Assembly: GCF_009914755.1 (NCBI RefSeq)
Contig: NC_060929.1
Length of the DNA: 64,000 bases
Strand: one strand, 5' to 3'
From: the human T2T-CHM13v2.0 reference genome, Homo sapiens
Numbering within the stretch: the first letter of the stretch is position 1; each line of letters starts with the position of its first letter. Below, in pieces: positions 1 through 12,765 of this stretch. The position numbers and the translations under genes are program-made. The notes beneath the pieces were generated by a model. The model saw only the letters and a program-made list of their open reading frames with translations. It was not told the origin of the DNA and did no database searches.

Positions 1-211
1 TTGCATAGGACAAGTTAGTCTGAGAGCATTTCTTCTTTAAGAGAGCATAAAAGTGAAAGAAGATCCCCTGGATGTGGGTAGTTTTAGAGGGAATATTGAC
101 AACTGAGCAAATATTAAGCATACTTTTCCAAATTGAGATCATTTGCATTTAGCTTTTAATATACAGCCTTCCCTTTTCCTATCTCATAGCAGCTTCTTCA
201 GTGTAATTAGA

Positions 212-435
212 TTTAATTAGAAGCAGTGACATCAACTTCAAAAGCTGTGGATTGTGCTCAGAAGTCACCTTTGGAATCACTATAAAATGTTTGCCCATTT
301 TAGTAAGCAAGACATTTAAACTTGCAGTCTGTTTAACCAGAAAAGAATAAAAGTGAAAGAGATGTTTGTGGTGATTCAAAGGTGACTTTTGAGCACATTC
401 CACAGCCTTTGAAGTTGTCACTGAGCCTAATTAAA
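212..435. repeat. Long imperfect inverted repeat (fold-back palindrome)
   Basis: Arm 224-282 is the reverse complement of arm 369-423 at 51/55 aligned positions, with one 3-nt and one 1-nt gap. TTTAATTAG (212-220) pairs with CTAATTAAA (427-435) outside the core. Confidence 0.95.
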
Positions 436-752
436 CTTCTCCTTCGTGTTTATTCTTTTGCAATTAAATGGACTTCAAGTTTAAATGTTCTTTTACAAGG
501 AATTTTAATTATTACAAATGCAAAGTTTTATTTAGGGCCTGTTTCCACCTAGCCGTAATCAATAATATTATTTCCATGAGTAAGAGAGGTTAGGAGGCCC
601 AAGCAACAAAATCAGAGTGAACATTTTGGAAAACAATATTTGTTGGGAATAGCCCAGGGGAATATCAAAAGATGTGCTGGAGCAAGCTTTCACCAGCTCA
701 TCAGAGCTAATTGTTAAATTTTCACTAATTTTGCAAGCCAGTTGTTCAAGGC

Positions 753-794
<42 letters not shown>
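753..794 (+). repeat. (CAT)14 trinucleotide microsatellite in the position of the Alu tail
   Basis: 14 perfect CAT units. This explains the poly-Asp run in ORF 568..852. Confidence 0.98.
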
Positions 795-796
<2 letters not shown>

Positions 797-802
797 GTCA
801 TC

Positions 803-1034
803 ATTTGAGGCACATCTTGCTGTGTCACCCAGGCTGGAGTGCAGTGGCACAATTATGGCTCACTGCAACCTTGACCTCCTGGGCTCAATTGATCCTCTTA
901 CCTCAGCCTCCCAAGTAGTTGGGACTGCAGGCATGCATCACCATGCCTGGATAATTTTTGTATTTTTTCTAGAGACAGGATCTCCCTATGTTTCCCAGGC
1001 TGGTCTCTAATTTCTGGGCTTAAGTGATCTGCCC
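803..1034 (-). mobile_element. AluJ-type SINE, 5'-truncated
   Basis: tgtcacccaggctggagtgcagtggc, with J-type motifs ctcctgggctcaa..gatcctc and an A-rich linker. About 50 nt of the 5' end are missing. TSD tcaaggccat at 746-755 and 1035-1044. Confidence 0.92.
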
Positions 1035-2984
1035 TCAAGGCCATTATTAAAAATATTTGTAATGCAAGCTTACAATTAAATAAATTATATTGAAATAAAA
1101 AAGATGTATTTAAATACATTATTTCCTAATTCATTTACTGCTTTTTACTGTTACCTTTGCCTTCATGATTATTCACATTGACTATATCATAGTGGAAATA
1201 CTGAACAATGATGTATTATTGTGTATCTCTTCATAATTCCCTATCCATCGATGCCACATCAGTAGTTTGAATCAGCCATGGTGGTAGCGTTTACACCATG
1301 AAAATTACTAAATGTTAATAATTGGGGATTGAATTATTGTTTTGTTGATTGTACAAACTTAAGAAAGTGATGGAGAAAATGTTAACCCGGCAGGTTAAAT
1401 TTCAGTGCCTCGCTTGTGTTCATTACATTATGAATAGCATAAAAATTGAGGAGCTAGTCTTCCAATATTTGAAAATTATTATTTGATTCAATGAAGTTAC
1501 TCATACATAACTGACAAATAGGTGCATTCTGCTATATCTTTACTGTATCACTTTCATCTTTCTCATTATATTGTGTGCTACATGCCCTTTATATTGGTAC
1601 AATTTATAATTAACTTGTGTACATAGATGCACACACACTTTTTTTTCCCCCAGAGAAGTAGTTGTTATACCAGCAAGCCACTAGAAGTATATAAGAAACC
1701 ATGAGGGTAGGGCTATATTTGAGATTCTATAGTAGTATTGGTAACAATTATCTTGATATGTAATAGGGAAAAGAACTTTTCATGATATAGAATTAATTGC
1801 CTATTGTGAAATCAACAATTTTATTGAGCTGCCAAATTGCTACCTGCTTTTCTTAAAGTAGCATTAACTTCTTTTTGTTAGTGTAGTGTCTCCATGCTTC
1901 TAAAGTTGATGTAGTAACAGGATGTTGGCTTCAGCTTATAGGCTCCCTTTATGAGTGCTGTTTTGGTGAGGAGTGCATCGGAATAACTTACTGAACCCTT
2001 TTTTTTTCTCAGAATTCTGCCAACCTTCTGAGTCAACATTTAAGACCCTTGTCTTTGACAGATATCATTTATAGGTTTGAAGATACACATACTAATTTTG
2101 GTAAAATTTAATTTTCAATTATAGCAAATAATGTTCATTGGTTTTGTTTTTAGTACATTTTGTATTTCTTTCTATTATAAAAGAGATTTTTTCCTAGGTG
2201 CTTTTCTTAAGTCTGTGTTCAGCTTTCTTCCACTCTTACTTGATTTAATATGTGACTACATGGTTCAAAACGGAGAAAAGAAAAAAAAAGCAGCAGATTT
2301 AGAGGTCATTAGATTATGACTGCAGAGTTACATAATGGTTTTCTCATGCATGTCCGCTAATTTATTGTTTCCATGTCTGAGATGGACAGAGGTTAATGGG
2401 CAGATGGAGAGAAGCTTCATCTTAGGGCATAAAAAATTTCTTTCTTTACATCTCTCTTCCCCTTATTTTTTAACTTAGGTCAAAAAATATTAATAGAGAG
2501 TGATCACTGCATAGAGGACATTCTTCCTAGAAAGATTTCTGTCTTCATTGTGGGAAATATTTGATGCTCTGCTTAGAGTGTCCTAAATTATAAAATAGAT
2601 AGTTGTTTTTGAATATATCCCATCCTTGGAGGGGAAGACCAGTTCTCACGTTATATTGTTCACAAGTGATAGGCATGGAAAAAGTGCTCTGAGTAGTTAT
2701 CTCTTTTTAGGATTTCATTGTAATATTGGGGAATCTGTGGTTATTTAGTAGGCTGTTTGTGGACTACACAGAGACTAGTGTTCCAAATCCTTCTCTGCTT
2801 CTATCTAGACATGCTGCCTAAATTGGAGATGCCTTTCCCATGTCTTAAATGCCATGAAACCTAATGAATTAGGGCACAGGACCTGCTCACATGTACCAGT
2901 TTGAGTTTTGTAACAGTCTGTAGACCTCTCTGCTAGGATCCTGAGTTGGGTTTTTAGGTGATATTGACAGATAAGGATTTAAAA

Positions 2985-3200
2985 CTTACTTTTTGAATAG
3001 AGGAATACAAAGAATCACAATACAAATACAAATTAAAAACATAAATTATATAAAATGTGAAAAATTTAAATGCTGTACTATGTCCCATCCACCTAGTCCA
3101 TGCTCTCTTTCCACACAAGTTAATCACTTGAATGAACATATTTTCTTTTGTATATTCCCAGATGTGTGTATGTGTATGTGTGTGGGTGTGTTTTAACACA
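2985..3200 (-). mobile_element. Old L1M(E) 3' fragment with a TG-rich stretch
   Basis: Diverged similarity to L1ME 3' UTR (ttcttttgtatattcccaga..tgtgtatg). Confidence 0.4.
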
Positions 3201-3259
3201 AATTCAAGAAGGTGGGAATGACTGTTACATACATAATTATAATTTTACTGAACAATCAC

Positions 3260-4060
3260 ATTTCTGAAATCTGTCCAGAGATATATTGGTACACATTAAC
3301 ATGAAGGTCTACAAAATATTTATTGCAGTATCGATTGCTGTAGCAAAAAAAAAGAAACAAAACCAATTTCTATCAGTAAGGCACTGGCTAAAGAAATTAT
3401 GGTACATCCATAAATACAATACCCTGCATTTGTGAGGGAAAAAAGAGGGGAAACTTTCTATGCACTGAAATACTGAAATGGAAATATTCCAACAGGTATA
3501 TATTGTTAAGGGAAAAAATGTTGCAAAACAATGTGTTTAGATGCTGACTTTTGCACTTAAAAAGAGGAAATAAGAAAGGCTTTTGACAGGAAAATCAACT
3601 TTTCAAAAATATATTTTCTCAACAAAAGGCTGAAAGCAGAAACAATTCTATCACTGAATGAAACTTCAAGGGGAATAGAAAAAAAATGCCAACTATTAAA
3701 TGTATGAATCCCAAGTGGGTAATTTGATTGCATTCTAGTTTTGAATAATGCAATAGTGAAAAATTGGGAACAAAACTAGAAAAGTGTTAAATAAATTATG
3801 GTATGTCTACATAATGCAATACAATTCATTAAAATGAAATTTACAGCAGTGGAATATGCTTTTTAAAATATATAAATCATGTAAAGAAAGAAAAAAGTAG
3901 GCCAAGAATTGTCTAATGAGTTAGTATTATTAATACATTTGTTAAAAGATAGCAGAAAATATACAAAAAGACACACAGCAATTATCTTTGGATATGGAAT
4001 TATGGGAGATTTTGCCTTCTTAATTAAACTAGTCTTTATTTGCTGAAATTTCAATGCTGA
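3260..4060 (+). mobile_element. Old L1M(E) ORF2-end/3' UTR fragments
   Basis: tttattgcagta..gtagcaaaaa..tcagtaagg..aaattatggtacatccata, with a similar block at ~3780 (aataaattatggtatgtctacataatg). Confidence 0.6.
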
Positions 4061-4834
4061 TTTCACATTGCTGGAAAAGATGGAAAAATAAGCCTTATTT
4101 TAAAAGGTGATTGAATCTTTCTGGGAGGTGGTAATTGAAGAAAATAACTCAAACTTGGTTCCTTTGTTAGTTAGGAGGAGAGGAATATAATTCATTCTTG
4201 GCATGAAAGGTGACTCATTCTCCCCCTCCTTTTCGTCTTCTTCTTTCCTAGGTCAAACAGTTTGAGTCTAAATATTTAGCTCAGTAGCTCAGTAGTTGGC
4301 TTGTCAGTAATATGGTAGATATTTAGAGTTATTATCCAACAAAAATCCTCTTATTTTAGTAATATTTTATAATGTGCTTTTAAAAATATAATAAAAATAT
4401 TAGCTTTGATTCTATTAACATTCATTATTCAGTGATGTGTTAAATCTTCCGGGGTATAAAATATTTTGCATTCCTGCAAGGCTGAAATTGGTTGACTTAG
4501 GCAAGAAGATTAATGAATTTGAGGGTCAGGTGTCCAAAATTTTCAAGAAAAGTATGTTATTAAGTAAAATAATTTTGTAGCAGAAAGAAGACATTGTTGT
4601 TTAGCTCTATCATGAATCTTTCTTTAATCACTGTTTAACTGTTCATTTTTATTTATTTAAATAGATTTATTTAAATAGATTACTTTCAAGTTCGTCTTAG
4701 TGCCTATGGAATTCATCTCTTTCTTTGTATTTGTATAATTTGTGTTTAAACTTCTGTAATAGTCCTCAATCTCTCATCTCAAACTGAAGTTACCTTTGAT
4801 TTCCTATTCTTCACTTCACACAACTAATAAATAA

Positions 4835-5311
<477 letters not shown>

Positions 5312-5504
5312 ATCACACCTTAATTCTTTTAGAAAAGTGTACAAATTTAAAAAAATATTTTATAGAAAGCGCCACAATCCAAAGCTATAACTATATGCAT
5401 AGTGATGGATACAGAGTAATGAATCACATCCAAGTCAAATATACATATTTTATGAGATTCTAATCTTTCTTTGTAAAAATATTATTGTAAATAAGTCATT
5501 AATA

Positions 5505-5625
5505 TTTATCTTTCCTGTTAGACTTCAAGCTCTGTGAAAACAGAGGCAATATCCTTTCAGTCATGTATCCTTGGTTCTTGGTTCACAGTAAACTCTCAAG
5601 GTATGGTTTTTGAATGAGTAAATCA
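5505..5625 (+). mobile_element. L2 3' end
   Basis: tagacttcaagctctgtgaaaacagagg...ttttgaatgagtaaat resembles the L2 terminal motif. Confidence 0.6.
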
Positions 5626-5639
5626 ACATAGCTAGCAGA

Positions 5640-7260
5640 GTTGTTTCCTGTAACCCCTGTTTGGGATTCAACATGCTTTCTAAATTGTTATTTAATAAGT
5701 TTGGGGAAATTCCTGGGCACTTTTGTGCTCCATAATCTTCTCCTTATCCTCGTGACTCCAGTGACATATACGTTAGAGTATTTGATTATGTCCTGTTGTT
5801 TTTGTTGTTGTTCTTGTTATTCTTTTTTGCTCTCTGTGTGTTTTAGATTTGGATATTTTCTGTGGACTTTGTTTTGACTTCTCTATTTCTGCCTTATGCT
5901 GTGTCCAACCTACTGTTATATTAATCAAATGAGTTATTAATTTCAAACAATGCATTTTTCAGTTCTAGAATGTCAGTTGCACTATTTATTTGCTTTTATA
6001 AATTTAGGGCACACAAGATAATTTTTGTTATACAGATATATTGCCTAATGGTGAAATCTGGGCTTTTAGTGTAACCATCACCCAAATAGTGTACATTGCA
6101 CCCATTATGTAATTTCTCATCCCTCACCATCCTTCTGCCCTCCCACCCTTTGGAGCTTCTAGTGTCTATTATTTTACATTTTATGTCCATGTGTACACAT
6201 GATTTAGCTCCCACTAATAAGTGAGAATTTGCAGTATCTAACTTTTTGTTTCAGAGTTACTTCACTTAAAATAATGGTTTCCAGGTCCATCCATGTTGCT
6301 GCAAATGACATGATTTCATGCTTTTTTTAAAATAAATCTCATTTTTTTATAGATCTCAATTCTCTATTGAAATTCTCCATCTTTTCTTCCATTATAATCA
6401 TTTTTCCTATGTGTTCTTTAGCAAATTTATGAGTGGTATATTAAAGTATTTTTTACAGACAAGTTTGGGAACCATATATCAGTCTTTTTCTCTTTGTTGT
6501 TTCAGTGATTTCCAATCACTTAGTTATAGTTTTAAAGCATGTGTCATTTTTTTTACTGGATGTTAGTCATTGTGAAAGATAAACTTCAGAGTCCCTAGAA
6601 ACAATGTTCTTACATAGAAATGTGATTTTTGGGAGGTAGAGAGACAGATAAAGTAGCAGTGAATTACCTTAATCTGTAGAGGTTGATTTTGGACTTTGTG
6701 TGTGTATGTATAATTTAACATAGCCTCCAGTATTAGAGGATGGCTTTTCTGCGGTGCCAATGAAAATCTAAGTTGTTTACCAAGATCCTCTAAGTTGATT
6801 GGACTTGAATTACAAACTTTATCTCCCAGAATTAGGCAGCTATTGAAATCTTTGCTAAGCTCTTTGGCTTTCTAGATGTTGCTTTCTTCTGGAGTGCATG
6901 TGCCGTTATGAAGTCAGTTAATGCTCAATGGGAATGTATGTGCATATTTTGGGCTCCTTCTTGTGCAGTTACCTTTGCTTTGGATTTGTCCTCAATTTAT
7001 AGCTACTCCTTCAATCCTAAATTCCAGCTCTTGTTTGTTTCATCAATTTACTAAGAATTTTCGCTTCTGTTTGAGCTCTAATACCTGTATGGTGGCATCA
7101 AACTGAAAAGTGCTGTCAGAGGAAAAGTCAGATACATGTGTAATTTACCTCCTGTGCCTCTCCCTCTCTCTCTTTTTTCTTTTTTTTTTTCTTTACAAAT
7201 AGTAAATCCTAAATTTTCACCTGCTGTGGATGCTTTCCAATGCCTTCAAATTACTTTTGC
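5640..7260 (-). mobile_element. Old L1M 5'/ORF1-region fragment, interrupted by a younger L1
   Basis: T-rich sequence with diverged L1M motifs (tttggggaaattc; ttttcagttctagaat; tctctattgaaattctccatc). Confidence 0.55.
5984..6328 (-). mobile_element. L1PB/L1MA-type 3' end
   Basis: ctgggcttttagtgtaaccatcacccaaatagtgtacatt; tttagctcccact..taagtgagaa; tccatccatgttgctgcaaatgacatgatttca. Confidence 0.9.
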
Positions 7261-7262
7261 TA

Positions 7263-7660
7263 TGTATTATATCAATTTCCTAGTGGGGCATAACAAAGTG
7301 CCAAAAATGAGGTGACTCAAAACAACAGAAATTTATTGCCTTGCATTTTTGCAGGCTATCAGTACAAAATCAAGGTGTCATCAGGTCATGCTGTCTCTGA
7401 TGGTCAGACAGAGGAGTCAGTCCCTCCTTGCCTCCTGCAGCTTCTGGTGTGTGTTGGCAATTGCTGAATTTTCTTGGCTTGAGGATGCATCCCATCAATC
7501 AGGTGGCCATCTTCTCCCTGGGGCTCCTCACATCATCTTCCCTTTGTGTGTGTCTGTCTCTATGTCCAAATTTCAACTTTCTGTGAGGAAACAGTCATAT
7601 TGGATTAGGAACTGGCTTAAGGATTTCATTTTAATTTGACTCCCTTGCAAAGTCTCCATT
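7263..7660 (-). mobile_element. MLT1B/C-type ERVL-MaLR solo LTR
   Basis: ataacaaagtgcca..aaaacaacagaaatttatt..aaaatcaaggtgtc..gcttctggtg..tgtccaaattt..cagtcatattggattagg. Confidence 0.85.
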
Positions 7661-7852
7661 TGTATGAAGTTTCAGAACAAGCGAAACCAATTGATTATGA
7701 TAAAAGACACAATAGTGGGTTACATGGAGAAAAAGGGGTAGGAGAGAAAATTTATGTGGTGAGAAAATATTTTGTCTTAATCTGAGCAGTGGTTACATAG
7801 GTGTATACATATATAAAAATCATTGAATTTAGGATGAATGCACTTCATACAT
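7655..7852 (+). mobile_element. L1M 3' UTR fragment
   Basis: tccatttgtatgaagtttcagaacaagc..gtggttacataggtgtatacatat..aaaatcattgaa. Confidence 0.65.
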
Positions 7853-9026
7853 CTTTCTGAGGGAATAAAATTATCCCTCAATCTCTCAGTGACCCTCTCC
7901 AGGAACAGCAGCTATATTTAGAGGTAAATCATCCCTGAAATATGAGCACAGAATTAAAAAAAAAAAAGGTTCGGCTTTTTAAGTTGTCATCAGCAGGATA
8001 ATATGTTACTTACTTTGCCATTATGGGAACTAGACCGCTATTCACTGGAAATCCTTATACCCATTGAGCCCCTTGGTAAATAATCACGTTGGATCTATTA
8101 CATCTAACCTTGGAATATTCTCACTGATTTTGAAAATTGAGCGAAAATTAGCATAAGTTTTAACTTTTTTCTGTATCAAGGCCTTGCTAAGTTTCTTATT
8201 TCCCCATTTAATTAGCCCAGTTCCATAATTATTAAATTAGATGATCAGATTATTTGTTTCCATGTAACATTACAATTCTCTTCTGGAAAAATCACACCTT
8301 TCCTTGCTGCTTCCATTTTCTTTACTGTTTGTGTTTATTTAACAGTTTGAAAAATCAACCATTTCATTTGTATGATTAAACTGGCCCTTCTTTTAAAATT
8401 ATTTGTTCATTTTATCCTTCCCCTCTCTTAACATACACTACTAGTTCTTCATGAATGTGTTCTAATTTATATGTGGTTTGGAAATGTTCCTAAGAATTAC
8501 TCATGTGCATGTTGTGTGGCAGCAACTGAGTTATAAACTATACTTGTAAAGGACTTTATCTCTCCTATATTCCAAATGTAACACAGAATGTCCAGCACAG
8601 GTTCTTATCATACAATAGGTATTCTAGAAAGTCTATTGACTGTGTGACATCCAAGACTATTCAAGTTTCTTTTCTTTTGCTGAACTCAGTGATACTACGT
8701 TTAACCCTTCGCAGCAATTCTAAATAGTATTCTGTAAGATTGAATAGCTGGGTTAATTCTGTGCTTTGCAAGGACTATGTTAAAGTGAAAATGTCTATCT
8801 AGATGCTTATATTTATGTGCTAACTACCTTTGATCTTCCGTATTAATTTATAACTTTTACATTTCTAAAGCACACATCATTGGAATTATATACAGAACAT
8901 TTTTCAACTATGTTCACATCTGGCATATATAATTTAAAAAATTCAGATAAAACTTAAGCCAAAAGGGGGAATAAAACCTAGATTCTGAAATATCCAGATA
9001 AAAATGTATTATTTTTAAAAATGAAG

Positions 9027-11340
9027 TCATTCACTTACTCATGAATTTAGCAAACAATCTATTGAAAGACCACCAAGTATTAAAATTGTTTTAGGCAATG
9101 TGTTCTTGCTTTGACAGAGCTGATGTGCCAGTGACAGAGACAGAAAAAAATCAACAGATTAACAGGTTATTTAATGTAATTTGTAGTGGCTACACATTAA
9201 TAAAAATAAATTAGTATAAAGGAATTACACATGAAAGGATGAATATCAAAGATGGGTTGGTCATGGAAAGCCTTTCTTAGTTCACGATCTTTGAACACAG
9301 ACATGAATAAAATATAGGAGCAAGTTATGATAAGATCAATGACTTGTTCCAGACAAAAAGAATAGCAAGCATGAAGATATTGAGGTAGGAATAAGCCTTG
9401 ATGTATTCCAGGAAGTGGAAGAAGGACATGGTAGACAAACTGTAGTGTGCAAGAAGGAACATATGAAGAAATGAGATTGGTAGTATTGATAAAAGCTAGA
9501 TTATGAAAACAAGGATTGGGAGTTTTAATTTCATTCTAAATAGGTTGAAAAGCCAGATTTTAGATAGGGAAGATTTTAGATAGGTTAGTAATAATATGTG
9601 GTATGATAGAGACTTAAAACTTTCCCTCTGGCTACTGTGTGGAAAAAAGATGGGAACAATGAGGTAAGTTATAAGCCATTATAGTAATTTAGAAGGCAGA
9701 TAAAGGTAACTGGGAATAGAGTGGTAGCAGTGGAAATGGTTAAGATGTGATAAGGTTCAGGTTATATTTGAAAGGTAGAGCTGGATAAAGAAAGGGAGAA
9801 AAACAAAATTCAAGGACAATGTAGATTTCTATTTTATGCAACTGGAAAAATAATGATGCTATTTACTGAGCTGAGAAACAATGGTAAGAAAGAGTAAGAA
9901 GATGGTGTAAGAGTTATACTGTAGTTACGTTACATTTAAGAACCTAAGAAGTATTCAATGGCAATACTGAGGAGGCAGTTGCTGAAAAAATGTGTACTTC
10001 AGAAAAGAGGTTTAGACTGGAGATATAAATTTGTGAGTCCTTGAATTGGATGAGAAAAACTAAGGAGTTATTAGAATCTAGAAAAAGAAAGGGTTGAGCC
10101 CTTGAGATATCTCAACATTTGGAGACTGAAAAAGTATAAGCCAGAAAGAGATTAGACTGTCAGTAATACAATAATGTCAAGAACATCAGGGGGAAAAGTG
10201 GTCCAAAAAGCGAGATGTGATCACCTGCACTGAATTCTACCAAGAAGTAATCATTCATTGATTATAGCTTGGTGGTGTGTAGGTTATTGGTAACCTTTAC
10301 AAAGGAGGTTCAGTTGGTCTTTAATAAAAATGTAAATTTATTAATAAATATTGCAGAGAGAGAGATTACAGCATGATTGTATGCTGATGAAAATGATTGA
10401 GGGTTACATAGATAATGTAGGAAGGAGAAAAGTAAGTGGGGATGTGAACTGGGCACAATATGGAGAGGCTGGACTTAACTGGAAGTAGGAACATTTCATT
10501 CATTTTATCAGGAGGTTAGTCATACAGACATGCTGCTAGATTTTCCATCATAAAATCAAAACAAAACAATGTAATAACAAAATCCTTTGATTTTTACAGT
10601 CTTTTCTAAGTACCTCCTCATTTTTCTACTCTCCTTACACCAAAATTTCTCCTCCAAACAGTTGTGTGTATTCACTCTTTCCAATGAATCTCTTCCATTT
10701 CTCTTTTGAACTTAATACCAATCATGCTTTTATATAAAGGAATCAATGAAACAGGAGGATAGTACAAATCTTTGGTAGACAACTACAAGGAGATATTATA
10801 GTCTGATGGCCTGAGCTGAAAAGCCCTGGAGGGAGAGTAGAAATTTTCTGGAAGCACTAATGAGAGCAAAGGGAAGACCTCCTTCAGTTTCAGGTTCTGT
10901 GTTTTGTGACATGTGGGATGGAGAACAGTCATTACTTGAGAGAGGTGTAGGGGAAAAAGAGCCCTCATGGAAAAGCAGCTTTTTGTTAGAATGAGATGAT
11001 AAATGGAACGTTCAGAAATTTGTGGTCAGAATACTGTATAAGAGACTCTGCTGATGGCAGGCCATGACTTTCAGAGGAAATATTAAATGAGTTTGGAGTT
11101 ATGATGGGGTGGGGTATTAGGTTAGAATCAGACACATGGAAAAGAAAGCTTGGGTGTTGATGAATAATGACTCAGGAGGATTGTGTTTTTATTGATGACT
11201 GAGGCAAATAGTGAGAAAGCTGTGAAGACATTGGCCTAGGGTGTCTCTCAGGGGAAGGTGAGTATCAATTATAACTATAGGTTTCTTTTTTGGGATTCAT
11301 CTTTTAGAATTTTTGTAGTGGTGAGAATGGCAATAATGTG
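9027..11340 (-). mobile_element. Long fragmented L2 LINE containing an opposite-orientation segment at ~10540-10730
   Basis: Purine-rich antisense L2 motifs (tccctctggctactgtgtgg; ggtggtagcagtggaaatgg; tatttgaaaggtagagc; gctatttactgag; ctggagatataaatttgtgagtc). Confidence 0.75.
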
Positions 11341-11639
11341 GTGGTAACTATGGAGGTAGGAACAGGGGACCAATAGTTCTGGTGTGTATTAAGAACATGG
11401 GCTTAATAATACACCAGTATAGGGGCTTCTCCTAAATTCAGCTGAGGATCAGGTAAGGGCCAGGAGAATGCTTGATCTAACTAAGAGCCATGGAACACTG
11501 AAAGCCTAACTTAATCCAAGATAGCCATGAAATTCATAGATGGTAGAGGGTAGCATTATGGCTGTAGGAGCACATGGAGTTTGGTGGCCATTCTTTAAAT
11601 GCTGCTGAGGGGGCACCATGGTTGGAAACACCTCCGTGT

Positions 11640-11808
11640 TTAGATCTAGTCTAGGCTACTCGTGGATGACTTTAGCCACTGTTTACTCATGCATACAACG
11701 GGGATCATAATAGAACTTAGCTTGTAGGGTTATTATGAGAATTACACAAATGTATGTGAAACAGTTAACAGAATGCCAAGCACCTGGGAAATATTAAAAA
11801 ATATTAGA
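11640..11808 (+). mobile_element. MIR SINE
   Basis: Core-like ctgtttactcat..caacggggatcataatag..gggttattatgagaatta. Confidence 0.7.
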
Positions 11809-12044
11809 TAGCTCATAAACAGTGGGTGACCATATCACTGCCCTCTAATAGTGGGCTTAGTGAGGTCATTACATCTCAGAATCAGAAAGAGCTTATAGCC
11901 AACATAGCTCAAGAAAATGTACTTAGTTTCAAAACAATGTAGATTGATTTTATTTGTTTTATATCTAAGTCATATTGGGAACACAGTCTCTAATGTTTAT
12001 TTAAACCATAATTTAGAATATTCTTTGCTGATTTAACAGTGCAT

Positions 12045-12160
12045 CCAAAATGTAAGCTCCACAAGAGTAAGGGTATTGTCAGTTGTGCTCATTGCCATAT
12101 CCCAAAGGCCTTGAACAGTGTTTGGCACATATAGTAAGTACTTAATAGTTTAAATTAATT
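12045..12160 (+). mobile_element. L2 3' end
   Basis: tgtaagctccacaagagtaaggg..cagtgtttggcacata..agtaagtacttaata. Confidence 0.75.
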
Positions 12161-12434
12161 GCCCAATAAATGAGAGGATTTAAGTATCATTTTTATTTGA
12201 TTTTCGTGCTAATGGAGATGACTATGGGATAATTCTCTACTTGGGCAAGCATAATTTGAACAATGGCATGATAACAGAGTCTATCCTTAGGTGCAGGGAG
12301 TCAGGTATAAATCTGTGGCTGGTCATAAGAAACATGGAGCCCAGCAGTATCTGTTCAAATTATTTACTGCTCTGCCCATCAAAGGAAAAACATTTTTAAA
12401 ACTCTACAATAAAAAAATTAAAAGGATATTACTG

Positions 12435-12765
12435 ACAATAGCTAACATACTTATACCTTCCTTAATATGTGCTAACCCTGTTAATAGTAGTTTATGTTTA
12501 TGAACTCAAATTTCACAACAATCCTGAGGAGCATCCTGTCATCACAGTCATATCCATTATCACCATCATTACCATCATCACCATCATCACCATCCTCTTC
12601 ATCGTCTGCATTTTACAGATGAATAAATGGAGGCACAACAAGGCTAAGTTAGTTTTCTTAAGATCCCCCAAGTAATTTGTTGATTTGAAACTTAGCCATG
12701 ATTTGAATCCTGAAAGTTTGGCTTCCAATTCCTTGTATTTGACCACAGTATTGCACTTCCTCTCT
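12435..12765 (-). mobile_element. MIR SINE with an internal (CAT/CAC)n expansion
   Basis: aatagctaacat..tcacaacaatcctgagg [repeat 12540-12603] cattttacagatgaataaatggaggcaca..gatttgaatcc. Confidence 0.8.

Larger units (their letters stand above)
667..1683. mobile_element. MER63-family hAT-Blackjack non-autonomous DNA transposon, interrupted by an AluJ
   Basis: Degenerate terminal inverted repeats gatgtgctgg (671) and ccagcaagccact (~1670-1682). Internal blocks match remembered MER63 consensus (ttacaattaaataaattatatt; cagccatggtgg..tttacacca; ttaagaaagtgatggagaaaatgttaa). Confidence 0.75.

Noticed and set aside
179-421. 80-aa ORF over the palindrome
   Set aside because: Non-ATG start, no recognisable domain and no splice context. 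The signal here is structural rather than coding.
568-852. ORF with a 14-Asp run
   Set aside because: It is a translation of the (CAT)14 microsatellite plus Alu and MER63 sequence.
9555-9584. 14-bp direct repeat, and a similar one at ~4651-4681
   Set aside because: Ordinary short slippage duplications in AT-rich or L2 sequence.
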